From contig NC_042998.1 in NCBI RefSeq assembly GCF_006345805.1, positions 54,932,001 through 54,996,000 on the forward strand: a stretch of DNA of 64,000 nt, in the 5' to 3' direction. The translations under genes and the position numbers were made by a program. Below the pieces are notes generated by a model, which was given only the letters and a program-made list of their open reading frames with translations, had not been told where the DNA came from and ran no database searches. Source of the stretch: Octopus sinensis (lineage: Eukaryota). Position 1 is the stretch's first letter; every line of letters begins with the position of its first letter. This document shows positions 36,688-50,369 of this stretch, in pieces.

Positions 36688-38145
36688 TGGCTTCCTTTGT
36701 TAGCACCAAATAACCGATAACTCATATGTAAAATATATGAGAATCATATGGAAATACGGTGGATTTCCATTGATTTCAATTGCTCGATCAACATAATCTA
36801 CTACTTGAAGTAGCGAGTAAATAGCCGTGTATTTCACAATGTCGTATGCATTTAAGTCAATTCTCAAGTTGCGTTACTTTGACACAATGACAAAGCTAGC
36901 CCTTTGAATTACAGCTACTATTCACTTTTGCCAGCTGAGTGGGCTGGAGCAACGTGAAATAAAGTGCCTTGCTCAAGGACACAACGCGCCGCCAGGAACC
37001 AAACTCACGATCTTGAGTCGAATGATCCAAAGCCACGCACCTTCATGTTATCTTATCCAGTAAAGAAATTAGAATACAAAAGCAGTTTCGGTGAACACTG
37101 TTAGATAAGGAAAATCTCCTGCGCAGCTTCTTCTTTTTCCATAAGGAATTGTCTACAACGTAAGAGATGTTCTGCATGAAACATAGGTCACTCTCATGTT
37201 TGACTCTATACACAGCAAAGCCAGCAGTTACAACATACTTAGTACTGCATTTGGCCAAATACTCATTAATTTGGGAAATTAATGTATTTTGTTAAGTTCC
37301 TCTAACACTATTAGACTTTACTGTGATTCAAAAGAATTCGAGTGTGTTGGTCGTGGTAATGTTGAAATATTATCATGTAGTATAGATGCATTGTCGAACA
37401 TCTGCATAGAGACAGAGATATCTGTCTGATATAACAATAATTTTCAGGATGACCTTTAAATTTGTCTTCTAAAACATAAAAATGGAAAAATTAACATGAA
37501 AACTGAAAAAATTATCTTACTGAATCTTATAATATTTTTATAACAAATCATACCATGCCTATTGAGGAGGCCAGACGTTAACAATGTGTTGAAGTATTGA
37601 ATCAAAAGGATCTAACTCTTTTAATCCAATTTCTTGTCGCCACATTAACTCGATTTTTTTAGTGGGGAGATAACCCAATTTCTTAATGGCAATTTTTTAA
37701 TGGGGGTGAGATAACCAAAAAGTACCAATATTAATTCAATGATGTTATTTATAGACCACAAATGAAGACGCTAATAATACTTTCAAATTTTGGCACAAAG
37801 CCAGCAAATTCGGGAGTAGGGTAAGTCAATTACATCGATCTAACTACACAACTGATACTTATTTTATCAACCACGTAAGGATGAAAAACAAAGCCGGCCT
37901 CGATGGAATTTGAACTCAGAACGTAGAGACGGACGAAATGCCGGTAAGAATTTTGTCTAGTGTACTGAGGATTCCGCTAGCTCGCCACCTTACACGAAGC
38001 TAGTAATAACGTTATCTGAATATTCTTACCGAACTATACAAGATTTTCAGTTCCGAAGAATATGGAAGTTAGATTTCATAACCTTCAAGTTTTAAAATTC
38101 TTGATTGATCACAGTAAAATAAACAACCGACAGTGCAACGCAGGA

Positions 38146-38585
38146 GTGGCTGTTTGGTGCAGGAGTGGCTGTTTGGTAAGTAGCTTGCTAACCAACCACA
38201 TGGTTCCGGGTTCAGTCCCACTGCGTGGCATCTTGGGCAAGTGTCTTCTGCTATAGCCCCGGGCCGACCAATGCCTTGTGAGTGGATTTGGTAGACGGAA
38301 ACTGAAAGAAGCCTGTCGTATATATGTATATATATATAAGTGTGTGTGAATATGTTTGTGTGTCTGTGTTTGTTCCCCTAGCATTGCTTGACAACCGATG
38401 CTGGTGTGTTTACGTCCCCGTCACTAAGCAGTTCGGCAAAAGAGACCGATAGAATAAGTACTGGGCTTACAAAGAATAAGTCCCGGGGTCGATTTGCTCG
38501 ACTAAACGCGGTGCTCCAGCATGGCCGCAGTCAAATGACTGAAACAAGTAAAAAGAGTAAAAAGAGTAAAGAGAAAGAGTAAAAG
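38146..38585 (+). mobile_element. SINE family A, full-length reference copy (tRNA-like head, CORE-like segment, internal microsatellite, tail ..GACTGAAACAAGTAAAAGAG)
   Basis: GCAGGAGTGGCTG..TGG..GGTTCAGTCCC (A/B-box-like), CATCTTGGGCAAGTGTCTT; many near-identical copies in the window. Confidence 0.9.
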
Positions 38586-39352
38586 AGGATCAATAATACG
38601 CTGTCTGCGACGTAATTCCATGTGACTTTTCTGGGAGTTGCATGATTATAGAAACTTTTAGAGAATATACAAAATTCATTCCAACAACCTGTCCAGCTCT
38701 CAAAATCCCCATCGACGAAAAGAATTGATTAGCTATGTCTCATGATGAAGTAGAGGAAAGGCGCAACCAATTGAACTAACACCAGCATTTCACTGGTTGT
38801 TATTTCATTGATACCAGTATGACGGAAGGCAGAGTTGATCCTGGCGGGATTTGAAAGTCAGGATGTAAATCGACGTAACTTTAACTAAATTCTACAACAC
38901 ATGTATTTCCGGTGCTCTACCGTTTTTCTGTTAATTTAAACAAATAAATACGTTGCTATTTGACAAGAGAAAAATGCCTGTTCAATAAGAGGTATGAATG
39001 TTCTTGAATGAAATGTTCTTGAATGAAATGCTCTTGAATGAAATCGAAGTAGTGTAGCGAAGCCACATCTTGTCAACTGTTAGACACTTTAAACATGAAA
39101 CATCATTCACGGGATTTAAATTTCTTTTCTTATATCTAGAATTATCTATCAGCAAAGTTTAAAGGTGAAGAAATTCTGAAATCTGTCTAAATATTGCTCT
39201 GTGTCTGCAGAATTTTCTTCCTGAAAGATGAGATATCGTAACCAATTCCTACGTGACTTTTTCAAATATATTTTTAAAATATTCTTCAGGCCCTGGTCAT
39301 GACATTAAAATGACTTGTACATAAGAACGTACGTAAGCATATGTGTGTGTGC

Positions 39353-39413
<61 letters not shown>

Positions 39414-39473
39414 TATACATACACACATATACAAACACGTATGCATATATAAACACACAGTCATATATATATA

Positions 39474-39514
<41 letters not shown>

Positions 39515-39604
39515 TATGCATATATATATACACACACACACATAGCTATATGTATAGGAGATCTTGCAATTTCTATACATAGGGTATACAATATATATGA
39601 TATG

Positions 39605-39644
<40 letters not shown>

Positions 39645-39676
39645 TGGCAAGGCTGGCCTGCTATAATTTGTGGGAT

Positions 39677-39729
<53 letters not shown>

Positions 39730-40175
39730 GTACATATATACATTTGTATGTATGTATATATATGTGTGTGTGTGTGTGTGTGTACGTGTACATAAATATA
39801 TGTACACGCACACACACATACATACAACATATGTATATAACCGGCCCACTATGGCGAATGCACATAAACACAAACACACACACACATAATATATTGACAG
39901 AAACAAACAGAAAAAGGACGATTATTGATGGGTGTCTTCAAATATTGCTATAATAATGTATCTATAATTCATATTCAGTGATTTTTCAGCGCCTACATAC
40001 ATATAGCACGGGAACTTTTCAAGTAACTTTAACAATATATTGAAGCAATGAGAGATATTACGTGCGAATAAAGAAAGTTATACTGTTCAGCTGTATACAC
40101 CTCTCCCCCTCCCTTTCGTTCTCTCACTCCTTTCATTACCTCACTCACAGACTCACTCATACACATGCTTTCAGC

Positions 40176-40320
40176 TTGGTAAGGAGCTTGCTTCCCAACC
40201 ACATGGTTCCGGGTTCAGCCTCACAGCATGGCCCCTTGGGCAAGTTTCTTCTGCTGTAGCCTCCGACCGACCAACGCCATGTGAATGGATTTGGTAAGCG
40301 GAAACTGAAAGAAGCCCGTC

Positions 40321-40370
<50 letters not shown>

Positions 40371-40470
40371 TATATATGTGTGTGTGTGTGTCTGTGACCC
40401 CAACCATCACTTGACAACCGATGATGTGCTTACGCGCCCGTAACTTAGCGGTTCGGCAAAAGAAAACGAT
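40176..40470 (+). mobile_element. SINE family A copy, 3' truncated
   Basis: Head and body match. Confidence 0.8.
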
Positions 40471-40475
40471 ATGTA

Positions 40476-40520
<45 letters not shown>

Positions 40521-41319
40521 ATGTGAACAGAGATTAATCTCTCTTTGCTCTATTGCACCATATGGGCTTAACTCTTCTCCCCTCTTTATCTAACCATCCT
40601 CCTCTCTCCTCTCTTCCTCTCACATCTACTTCCTCCCACCCGCCTCTCCTTTCTTCCTCTGTTACCTACTTCTCCTCTTCACTCCTACGCACCTTCTCCC
40701 TTCCACCCTCTCCCTTCATCGTCACCCCTCCCTCGTTACACATTCGAACCCCACCATCCCTATACATCCCACCCCACCCCACCCTTGCTTTCCACACTCT
40801 CCACTCCTCCACACCCCATACAGCACGAAACCACCACACCACTCCACACACCACCCCACACCACCATTCCAAACTACACACCACCCTGCGCACTGTAGCA
40901 CTGACCATTTCCCAGCACCCACACCATCATCCACACACCTACACATGCACGCACGCACACGTCTAGATCACCATCCCCCTTCCATACGCACATACAGGCT
41001 CTCACATACACACGCACGCGCACCTTCGTTTTCGGATCACCACTACTTTATTATCTCCCCTTCTTCCTAGCTCTCTTGTGTAACCCCTCTGTCTGGTAAT
41101 CGCCATAATATATGGCTAGACACTAAACCTTTTTTATTTTCTCTTCCTGTTTATTTCTGTGTTCCTTTCTGTCGAAGAGCATATGGGAACCGATATTAAG
41201 GAAGGATAGGAAAATATTAGATTTATAAGCACTAAAATTCACTAGAAATATATTCTTGAAGAAATATATTCTTATACTAGAAAATATTCTTGAAGGATCT
41301 CATATTGTTTATTTTTCAT

Positions 41320-41572
41320 CTTTTACTTGTTTCAGTCATTGAACTGCACCCATACTAGGGTACCACCTTGAGGAATTTACTCGATCATATCGATCCCAGT
41401 ACCTATTTTCAAAGTCTAAAACTTATACTACCGGTCACTTTTACCAAACCGCTAAATCACGGTACGTACACAAACCTACACCGATTGCCAAGCGGTACTG
41501 TGAGACAAACACAGCACAAAGCTAAAGATACACACACACACACATGCACACACACGCATCCACATACACACG

Positions 41573-41603
<31 letters not shown>

Positions 41604-42303
41604 CACACACTCCCCTAAACACACACACACACAAACACATACGATGAACTTTCAGTTTCCGCCTACCAAATCTATTCAGAAAGCTATGGTCAGCCCGGGG
41701 CTATAACAGAAGATACTTGCCCAAGGTGTCGAACAGTGGACTAACCCTAGGACCAAATGGCCGGGAAACAAGTATCTTACACACACAGCCACTCTTGCGC
41801 TTACAGCCCCCCTCCACCCTGTATCTTATAAGCGACAGAACTTGGCTATAATGTTTGAGCTTGTGGAAATATTTCAGTGTTGTTCTCAATATACATTCTT
41901 TAATCTTTTCTTTTAATCTTTTATTTGTTTCAGTCATTTGACTGCGGCCATGCTGGAGCACCGCCTTTAATCGAGCAACTCGACCCCGGGACTTATTCTT
42001 TTGTAAGCCCAGTACTTATTTTATCGGTCTCTTTTTGCCGAACCGCTAAGTAACGGGTCATAAACACCCCAGCATCGGTTGTCAAGCAATGCTAGGGGGA
42101 CAAACACAAACATACACGCACACACACATATACATATATATATATATACATATATACGACGGGCTTCTATCAGTCTCCGTCTACCAAATCCACTCACAAG
42201 GCTTTGGTCGGCCCGAAGCTATAGTAGAAGACACTTGCCCAAGGTGCCACGCAGTGGGACTGAACCCAGAACCATGTGCTTGGTAAACAAGTTACCACAC
42301 AGC
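41320..42303 (-). mobile_element. Two adjacent SINE family A copies (old 41320-41800; young 41920-42303)
   Basis: Both match family A; the first is much more diverged. Confidence 0.8.
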
Positions 42304-42530
42304 CTACATTGATTACTTTCATCTGTAAAATGGTCTTTAATTTAAAGGGAAGAGAAATTCAATTACGTGGTATTCACTGCTTTCTCAAAGTATTAAGAAC
42401 GTGAGTGAAATGAAAAGATATGAACGAGAATCAAACTAGATTTCTGACTCTGTTAGTTATGATTTCAGCTCTTCTTTACAGTACCTACAATGGAGGAGAT
42501 GAGTCACTGTTATCACTAGAAGTCGAGCGT

Positions 42531-42577
42531 CCATCACTGCCGAAACCAAGCAAGGTCGAAATCACGTGAACTGGCGG
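42531..42577 (+). ncRNA. Hammerhead-like variant; second copy at 42891-42937
   Basis: Consensus of the two copies: CCATCA-CTGACGA-GACC(6 nt)GGTC-GAAA-TCACGTGA-AC-TGGTGG. Each copy has core mutations, and position 16.1 is A in both. Confidence 0.4.
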
Positions 42578-43852
42578 TCTCGGCCCTGGAGGTTGCATGG
42601 ATTTATCTACCCGCTAGAGATATAATACAAGAGTGCATTTTGCACCAAAAGCCAATATGAGATCTTCTCTCATGGTAACTACCGCAGTATGGTTTATTCT
42701 AACTGAACATCCACGTTAAAGTGGGCATATAACCTCCCAGTATCAAAACTGTCTATGTTGCTAATATATATATATATATATTATATATATATATATATAA
42801 AATCCACCGGCTAATCACCTATTCTGGTATTACTTTTCTATATATCGCTAGCGGGCAGATGAGTCGCTGCTATCTCTAGCAGTCGGGTGTCCATCATTGA
42901 CGAGACCAATGAAAGTCGAAATCACGTGAACTGGTGGTCTCGGCGCTGGAGATGGCGGGGATTTATCTCCCAACAAGAGTTATAAACAAGATTGCATTTT
43001 GCACCAAAAGCCAATAGGATAATTTCTCTCATCGAAGTTTAGATTGTTTAAGTGGGGATAAAACCTCTCAGTACTTGCAATGTATAAGTGTACAAACATT
43101 CATCCTGCATTAGCATATTTACCACTCACATTATGTACAATTCCGTTTCTTCATCCGTTTGCGCTTGTTTAAATCTCAGTGGAATAAAGATAATTTCAAC
43201 ATCGGGTATATTTTCCAGTCGAACATATCTGAAAGACAATCAAGTTTAATAAGAAAATATTAATGTTTATTTATAACAAACTACGTTAGATACTGGAAAC
43301 AAAATCAAAGCCTGCAAGATAGATTTTAGTTCCAGAAACAATCTTTAATCAATTATCATATAATATGAGCTCTTTAGAAGTGTGAAAATTTGCTATATAT
43401 ATACACCAACTCGTGACATATGAGCTTCGATTGTCGTCGATGAAATCATTATAAGAAAGTAGATGTTCTGGGCTTAATAAGAAAGCATTGATCCACCACT
43501 GTATACGAAAATACAAACAGCAAATCATTGCGGTTTTTTTTATAGACGTTTAGTTTTTTTTAACGTTTTTTTTATATCGATTTCCTTTCAACACATATTT
43601 TGCAGCATTTTTTTTGTTATTTTTGTAATTTTGATTATTAAACCAAATGTGTATTTTATCTATGATGATAATCTCATTTCTTTTTAAGACATCCCAGATT
43701 TTCAGATAATGGGAATTTTACTTTGTATTCGGCCAATATATATATATATATTCTGTCAAGAATTCTATTGCTTTATTAAACTTAAGAATATGAAACTGAA
43801 CTTGACGGTCATTATAAATAGCTTCACAAGGAACATAAATTTTTCTATACAT

Positions 43853-44090
43853 CTAGCTTGCTTACGAACCACATGGTTCTGGGTTCAGTCCCATTGCGTG
43901 GCACCTTGGGCAAGTGTCTTTTACTATGTATGTATGTGTGTGTGTGTATACGTTTGTGTGTCTGTGTTCGTTCCCCCACCCCAACTAGGCTACCAAAGAA
44001 TAAGTCCTGGGGTCGATTTGCTCGACTAAAGGCGGTGCTCCAGCATGGCCACAGTCAAATGACTGAAACAAATAAAAGAGAGTAAAGAGT
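43853..44090 (+). mobile_element. SINE family A, internally deleted copy
   Basis: Head joined to the tail with the central part missing. Confidence 0.75.
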
Positions 44091-44104
44091 TAATTTATAT
44101 TCCA

Positions 44105-44898
44105 ACTAGCAGTATCGCCCGGCGTTGCTCGGGTTTGTAAGGGAAATAACTATATAAGCATTTTTAGAGAGTTATAGCCAAAAAATAGCAAAAAAATGCA
44201 TTAAAAATGGAAAAAAAATTATGGTAATTTTTTTTTAAATCGTTGACTCATCGTAGACATTTTTAGAGAGTTACTTCCCTTATATAATAGCGAAAAAATG
44301 CATTAAAATGGAAAAAAATGATGGTAAATGTTTTTTAAAATCGTAGACTCATCGTAGACGCGCGCTAATACCCAGAAGGGCTCGATATGAATCACGACTA
44401 TAAGATACCCGGTTTTGGTTAAACTGCACCGCAAAATGTGGGAGTAGTTAGGAATCTAAATCGTAGGAGACAGACACACAACCTTACTTTTATATATAAA
44501 GACTAGCAGTATCGCCCGGCGTTGCTCGGGTTTGTAAGGGAAATAACTATATAAGCATTTTTAGAGTTACTTCCCTTATAGATGCCAATTAAAAATGGAA
44601 AAAAAATTATGGTAATTTTTTTTTTAAATCGTTGACTCATCGCAGACATTTTTAGAGAGTTACTTCCCTTATATAATAGCGAAAAAATGCATTAAAATGG
44701 AATAAAAAATGATGTTAAATTATTTTTAAAATCGTAGACTCATCGTAGACACGCGCTAATACTCAGATGGGCTCGATATGAATCACGACTATAAGATACC
44801 CGAATTTGGTTAAACTGCACCGCAAAATGTGGGAGTAGTTAGGAATCTAAATCGAAGGGGACAGACACTCACACAACTACAGTTTTATATATATAGAT
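44105..44898 (+). mobile_element. Head-to-tail dimer of a non-autonomous Helitron/Helentron-like element (2 x 397 bp)
   Basis: Units 44105-44501 and 44502-44898 start ACTAGCAGTATCGCCCGGCGTTGCTCGGG and end (CAGA)/CA repeat-TTTTATATAT(A)AGA(T). Internal sub-repeats of about 95 bp. Architecture resembles Lep1/HINE types. Confidence 0.65.
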
Positions 44899-45454
44899 AT
44901 CCGATTTTAAAATTACTGTTATTGAATTATTCATTATTTTCAAATTTATTTGAAGCAAAAGCAGTATAGCTTAACAGAAACATGGTGAGAAATTAATATG
45001 AATCTCTCAACTCTTAACCCCATTGATACCAATGCGATCCGGCATAAGAGAGCAATAGAATAAGTATTAGGCTTACAAAGAATAAGTCCTGGGGTCGATT
45101 TGCTCGACTAAAGGCGGTGCTCCAGCATGGCCACAGTCAAATGACTGAAACAAGTAAAAGAGTAAAAAGAGTAAGACTTTACGCTTTAGTATTTTATAGT
45201 ACCGGAAATACCCAAACCCAACATGCAGCAAGCATACGCGCATTGTCACACACGCACAGTTGCTGGCAAATTTTCACAATAGTTGTTCTCTCTCACTTAC
45301 GTACTGCTTTATATGGAAAACCCTTCATAATTCTTGCAACAAAGACAGAAATATTCGGTTAAAGTTTTATTTGACTTTATAAAAAATTATTCTGCTATTA
45401 TTATTCTCCTAAATTATTCGCAGGAATAACAATAAAAAAAAAAGTTAAATTGTA

Positions 45455-45840
45455 GGGGTAGGCGTGGCTGTGTGGTAAGTAGCTTGCTAACCAACCACAT
45501 GGTTCCGGGTTCAGTCCCACTGCGCGGCATCTTGGGCAAGTGTCTTCTGCTATAGCCCCGGGCCGACCAATGCCTTGTGAGTGGATTTGGTAGACGGAAA
45601 CTGAAAGAAGCCTGTCGTATATATATATATGTATGTGTGTGTGTGTGTTTGTGTGTCTGTGTTTGTCCCCCTAGCATTGCTTGACAGCCGATGCTGGTGT
45701 GTTTACGTCCCCGTCACTAAGCGGTTCGGCAAAAGAGAGCGATAGAATAAGTACTGGGGTCGATTTGCTCGACTAAAGGCGGTGCTCCAGCATGGCCGCA
45801 GTCAAATGACTGAAACAAGTAAAAAGAGTAAAAAAAAAGA
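45455..45840 (+). mobile_element. SINE family A copy (separate tail fragment at 45040-45170)
   Basis: Full match with a short deletion in the tail. Confidence 0.88.
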
Positions 45841-46676
45841 GAGTATTTAAAGCAAATCTACAAACTCTAACATATTTTACGTGTCTTCTTTAAGGAAAAA
45901 AAAAAATGAATGAATTGATGTAAAATGTGTGTGTTTAGATAAGGTAATAAATTCTGGTTAAAAAGGAAATGGTAATTTGCAAAGCGATTTCAAGACTTGG
46001 GTGCTGACAGAATAAAAGTACACACGCATGCGAATATGCACAAACGCGCACGCGCGCAATGCACACACACACTCGCTCATAAATACATACACATACATAC
46101 ATACATGCATACATTGGTACGTACACACACACACACATATATCTATGTGGGGAGTTGTTTATGTGTGTGTGTGTGCGTATGTGTGTATGTATTTATATAT
46201 AAATGTGTGTGTGTGTGTGTGTGTAATATATATTCATATATATTTATACATATGTATGTATATATGTATGTATATAACAGTGGAAATTAAGAAAGATGTT
46301 ATCTATCAGCTGAACTAACCAAAACTTTTTCCCTATGCTAAATAAATGATATTAAAACTAAAGTAATTAATATTTTAATAATACCAATGTAAGCTATTGG
46401 TAGTGAATACGTAGAAAGGGGTAGGATAACGTTTACAAGAACCCCATTTGCAGAGACAGAAAACTCTCATGAAACGAAGACCTTAAGATCTTAAATCAAT
46501 TAAATGGACAAACCACAGACAGAGGAAATTTACATTAAGAATGTCTATCATAGACATGCATATAAAACAAAATATAAGCTCCCGTAATGGGCGAGAAAGC
46601 AGTTAAAAAACGCTCGAGCTCTAGAAAACATACAATATGAACCTAATTTTTTTTCTACAGGTTTTCATAACAAATA

Positions 46677-47173
46677 CAGTAATATCTCAGTTTACGAGGA
46701 TCCGCTGTACGAGACCCCGGGTTAACGTGTTTTATTTTATGATAAATATAAATTTTGAACAAAGTGCAAAAGTTTCTACTACCGTAACAAATGCTTGGGC
46801 GTGTTACCGAGAAATTTATAGAGAGCGAAGAAAAGCTTCTAAGCAAGCAACTCTAGACTTGTTTTTTAAAAAGAAGTCTACAAGTCCGTCTACGAGTACT
46901 TGTGAATTGGCAATCGTGTCTACAAGTGATGATGTGTGCGAGTCTTGTATGGGTGAAAGTGATTCAGAAAACGATTATAATAATAATATTTTTTTAATAT
47001 AAATGATCTTGAAATTCTTTTCATTTTACATAAAATATTCTTTCCATTCTACTGTTGTTTTATTGCGATTTGTTTACGAGTATTATAAATTTTATAGGTA
47101 AGATATTTTTCTGGGAAATTATTACTTTACGAGTTTTCGGGAACAAATTAAATCGTATATCGAGGCATTACTG
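46677..47173 (+). mobile_element. Tigger/pogo-type non-autonomous element
   Basis: Imperfect TIRs CAGTAATATCTCAGTTTACGA / rc CAGTAATGCCTCGATATACGA with TA flanks. Pogo-like C-terminus ACYREIYRERRKASKQATLDLFFKKK. Confidence 0.75.
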
Positions 47174-47488
47174 TACTTTCATTGCTCTAGAACGGTGCTT
47201 ACCTTTTTATCTTTCATTTTCTACTTGTTTGATTCATTAGGCTGCAGCCATACTGGGGCACCGCCTTGAAGTGTTTTTAGTCGAACAAATAGACCCCTGT
47301 GCTTTTTTAAAACCTGGTATTTATTCTGTCGGTCTCTTTTGCCAAAACATTAGGAGACGTAAACAACCTAACATCAGCTGTCAAGCTGTGGTGGTGGTGA
47401 TGGACAAACACAGACAGACGGACAGACAGACACACACACACACACACACACACAAATATATATATATATATACATACACATAAACATA

Positions 47489-48158
47489 AGGGGGTTGGAC
47501 AAAATAAAGGCAACACCTTAAAATTTCAAACAAATTTATTTTAATATGGGGTAGGACCAGTTCTGTAGGTTTTCACTCCACTCTAAACGCTTTGCAGCAT
47601 TTGTGTTTGAATGTATTGGTTTTCTGATTGCAGCCCTCCTGTGAAATCCAGCTTTGTGCAGCTCTCGGCGAACAGTTTTTGTGGAAACTGGGTTCTCGAG
47701 GTGGTCATTAAGCTCTGTAGTAAATGTGGGAGCTGTACTTTTGTGATCCTTTCTAACAATTCGCGTAAGAGTCCGACGGTCCCTATCAGAAAGTTTGGGT
47801 TTTCTTCCGGAGTTTTGTTTCGGCGAGGAGGTATTTCGCTCTTTCTCAAAGGCTGTCATTACTTTCGAGACAGTACTTCTTGATACACCACACATTTCGG
47901 CTGTTTTCGTAAACTAACACCTGCCATACGAACACCAACAATTTGACCTCTTTGAAAGTTCGATAGATCTGTCATTTTAATTCTGTTTTTAATTCTGATC
48001 ATATTTGAAAAGAAACATTAATTTTAGCAAAATATATTAAGCAACACTAATAATAAATCAAAAAACGTAAAAATAAACAAGCTTTTAACGGTTTTATAGA
48101 TATTTCAAAATTATGATGCTACCTTGCTAGGTGTTTCCATTATTTTGTCCAGCCCCCG
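47489..48158 (-). mobile_element. Internally deleted Tc1-like transposon (N-terminal HTH region only)
   Basis: TIRs (A/C)GGGGG(T/C)TGGACAAAATAA(A/T)GG(C/A)AACACCT with TA flanks. Protein MTDLSNFQRGQIVG..GRKPKLSDRDRRTL..STKTVRRELHKAG..RKP; the DDE domain is missing. Confidence 0.9.
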
Positions 48159-48628
48159 TATGTTTACATATACGACGAGCTTCTTTCATTTTCGTCTAAC
48201 AAATCCACTCAAAAGGCTATGGTCGGCCGGAAGCTACAGTAGAAGACACTTGTCCAAGGTGTCACTCAGTAGGACTGAACCCGGAACCATGCAGTTGGAA
48301 AGCATGCTTCTTACAAAACAGTCACGCCTGCGCCCTTCATAAAAAGTTTTAATTATCACCCCCTTTCTTTTGCTAATAACATTTTTCAACAATCTTTTGC
48401 TATGATTTAGCAAAATTAAGTACACCACAAGTACAGATCCATTTATACACACAGTCGGACGCTACCAAATGCTGCTGATGCATTGGTCGTCTTTATTGCA
48501 TGTACAGAAATACACGTAAGCTTTGACTACGCCTTTTAAATTATACATTTGTTTATTGTTCATAGTTTACATGCATAAGTAGTATATGTTCAATTTTGTT
48601 TATTTCTTTTCTAATATTTCAAAGTCTG

Positions 48629-49135
48629 AAGGCGGCGAGCTGGCAGAAACGTTAGCACGCCGGGCGAAATGCTTCGCGGTATTTCGTCTGTCGTTAACGT
48701 TCTGAGTTCAAATTCCGCCGAGGTCGACTTTGCCTTTCATCCTTTCGGGGTCGATAAATTAAGTACCAGTTACGTACTGGGGTCGATGTAATCGACCTAA
48801 TACCTATGTCTGTCCTTGTTTGTCCCCTCTGTCTTTAGCCCCTTGTGGGTAATAAAGAAATAGGTATTTCGTCTGCCGCTACTTTCTGAGTTCAAATTCC
48901 GCCGAGGTCGACTTTGCCTTTCATCCATACGGGGTCGATAAATTAAGTACCAGTTATGCACTGGGGTCGATATAATCGGCTTAATCCGTTTGTCTGTCCT
49001 CGTTTGTCCTCTCTGTTTTTAGCCTCTTGTGGGTAGTAAAGAAATAGGTATTTCGCCTGTCTTTACGTTCTGAGTTCAAATTCCGCCGGCGTCGACTTTG
49101 CCTTTAATCCTTTCGGGGTCAATAAAATAAGTACT
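48629..49135 (+). mobile_element. SINE family B nested/tandem array (three units)
   Basis: Units restart at GGTATTTCG (48678, 48863, 49047) immediately after the AAAGAAATA tail. Confidence 0.9.
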
Positions 49136-49703
49136 CTGTTGTGTCTGGGGAGAGTAATTTTATGCCTTATAATTTAACATACTCGCTATACTTTCCACTA
49201 ATTTCTTATCTTTATCTTCCTAAAATTTTCGTTGCTTCTTGTAACCTTTTCAATAGTCTTGAGTCAAGATTATTGAAAAGGTTACAAGACGCAACGAAAA
49301 TTTTAGGAAGATAAAAATAGGAAATAAGTGGAAATGAGTTTGTTAAATTATAAGGCACAAAAAGAAAATGACTCTTCCCAGACACAACAGAATATGCTTC
49401 AACATATGAACTCATATAAAGAATCTTGCAAACCAAATCCAAAAGCGAAAAAATAAGTACTATTTGAATTTAATTAATTTTGGATCGCCTTGAAAACGTT
49501 GTGTTAACATGTATTTTCAGATATATTATTTTCAGCGATATTTTCTATATCTAAATATGTTGTCACAACAGAAACAATTGTCAGCTTTGTAAGGGAAATT
49601 CTACAATTGAAGATGCGATTCTCTCTATCCGTATTTAACGTAACCACTTGTGAATCGTTGGCGATTTTCTTCCTCCGTCATCCTGTCTATTGGACTTACC
49701 TCT

Positions 49704-49738
49704 GTTTCTGAAGAAGAGCGTTGCTCGAAACGTTAAAC
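49704..49738 (+). ncRNA. Minimal type I hammerhead (35 nt) in a dispersed repeat; related copies at 11297-11331 (-) and 60594-60628 (-)
   Basis: GTTT-CTGAAGA-A-GAGC(gtt)GCTC-GAAAC-GTT-AAAC. Flanks are shared between copies (CCTGAGCGTC...CCACGTCCTCGCGTTGTTG). Confidence 0.7.
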
Positions 49739-50119
49739 CATCTTTCTTTCCTTTCCTGAGCGTCTGCTAATATTTTACATGTACCACGTCCTCGCGTTGT
49801 TGTGTTTTTTTGTGTTTGTTCTTCTTTTTGGGGGATACACTATATATATATATATATATAATATATATATATAATATATATATGTATACATATATATAAT
49901 CTTTTTCATTTTTACTTCTTTCATTCATTAAATTGCGGTCACGGTTGGGAACCACTTTAAAAGAATTATGGTCAAATGTATCGACCACAGTACAGTTTTC
50001 TTTTTAAGCTTGGCACTTAGTCAATCGATTTCTTTTGCCGAACCACAAGATTATGGGGACGTAAACACACTAAACGGTGTTAGGATACGCAAACACTTAT
50101 GCACATATGCACACACATA

Positions 50120-50159
<40 letters not shown>

Positions 50160-50293
50160 ACACACATACATACACGATGAGCTTTTAGCTTCTGTCTACC
50201 AAATCGACTCACAAAGCTTTCGTTGACCCGAGGTTATCGTGTGGAAGACACTTGCTCAAGGTACTACGCACTGGCACAGAACCCGGAACCGAT

Positions 50294-50369
<76 letters not shown>

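Noticed and set aside
48629-49135. CRISPR-like repeat-spacer array
   Set aside because: The units are whole SINE bodies with no unique spacers, in a eukaryotic context.
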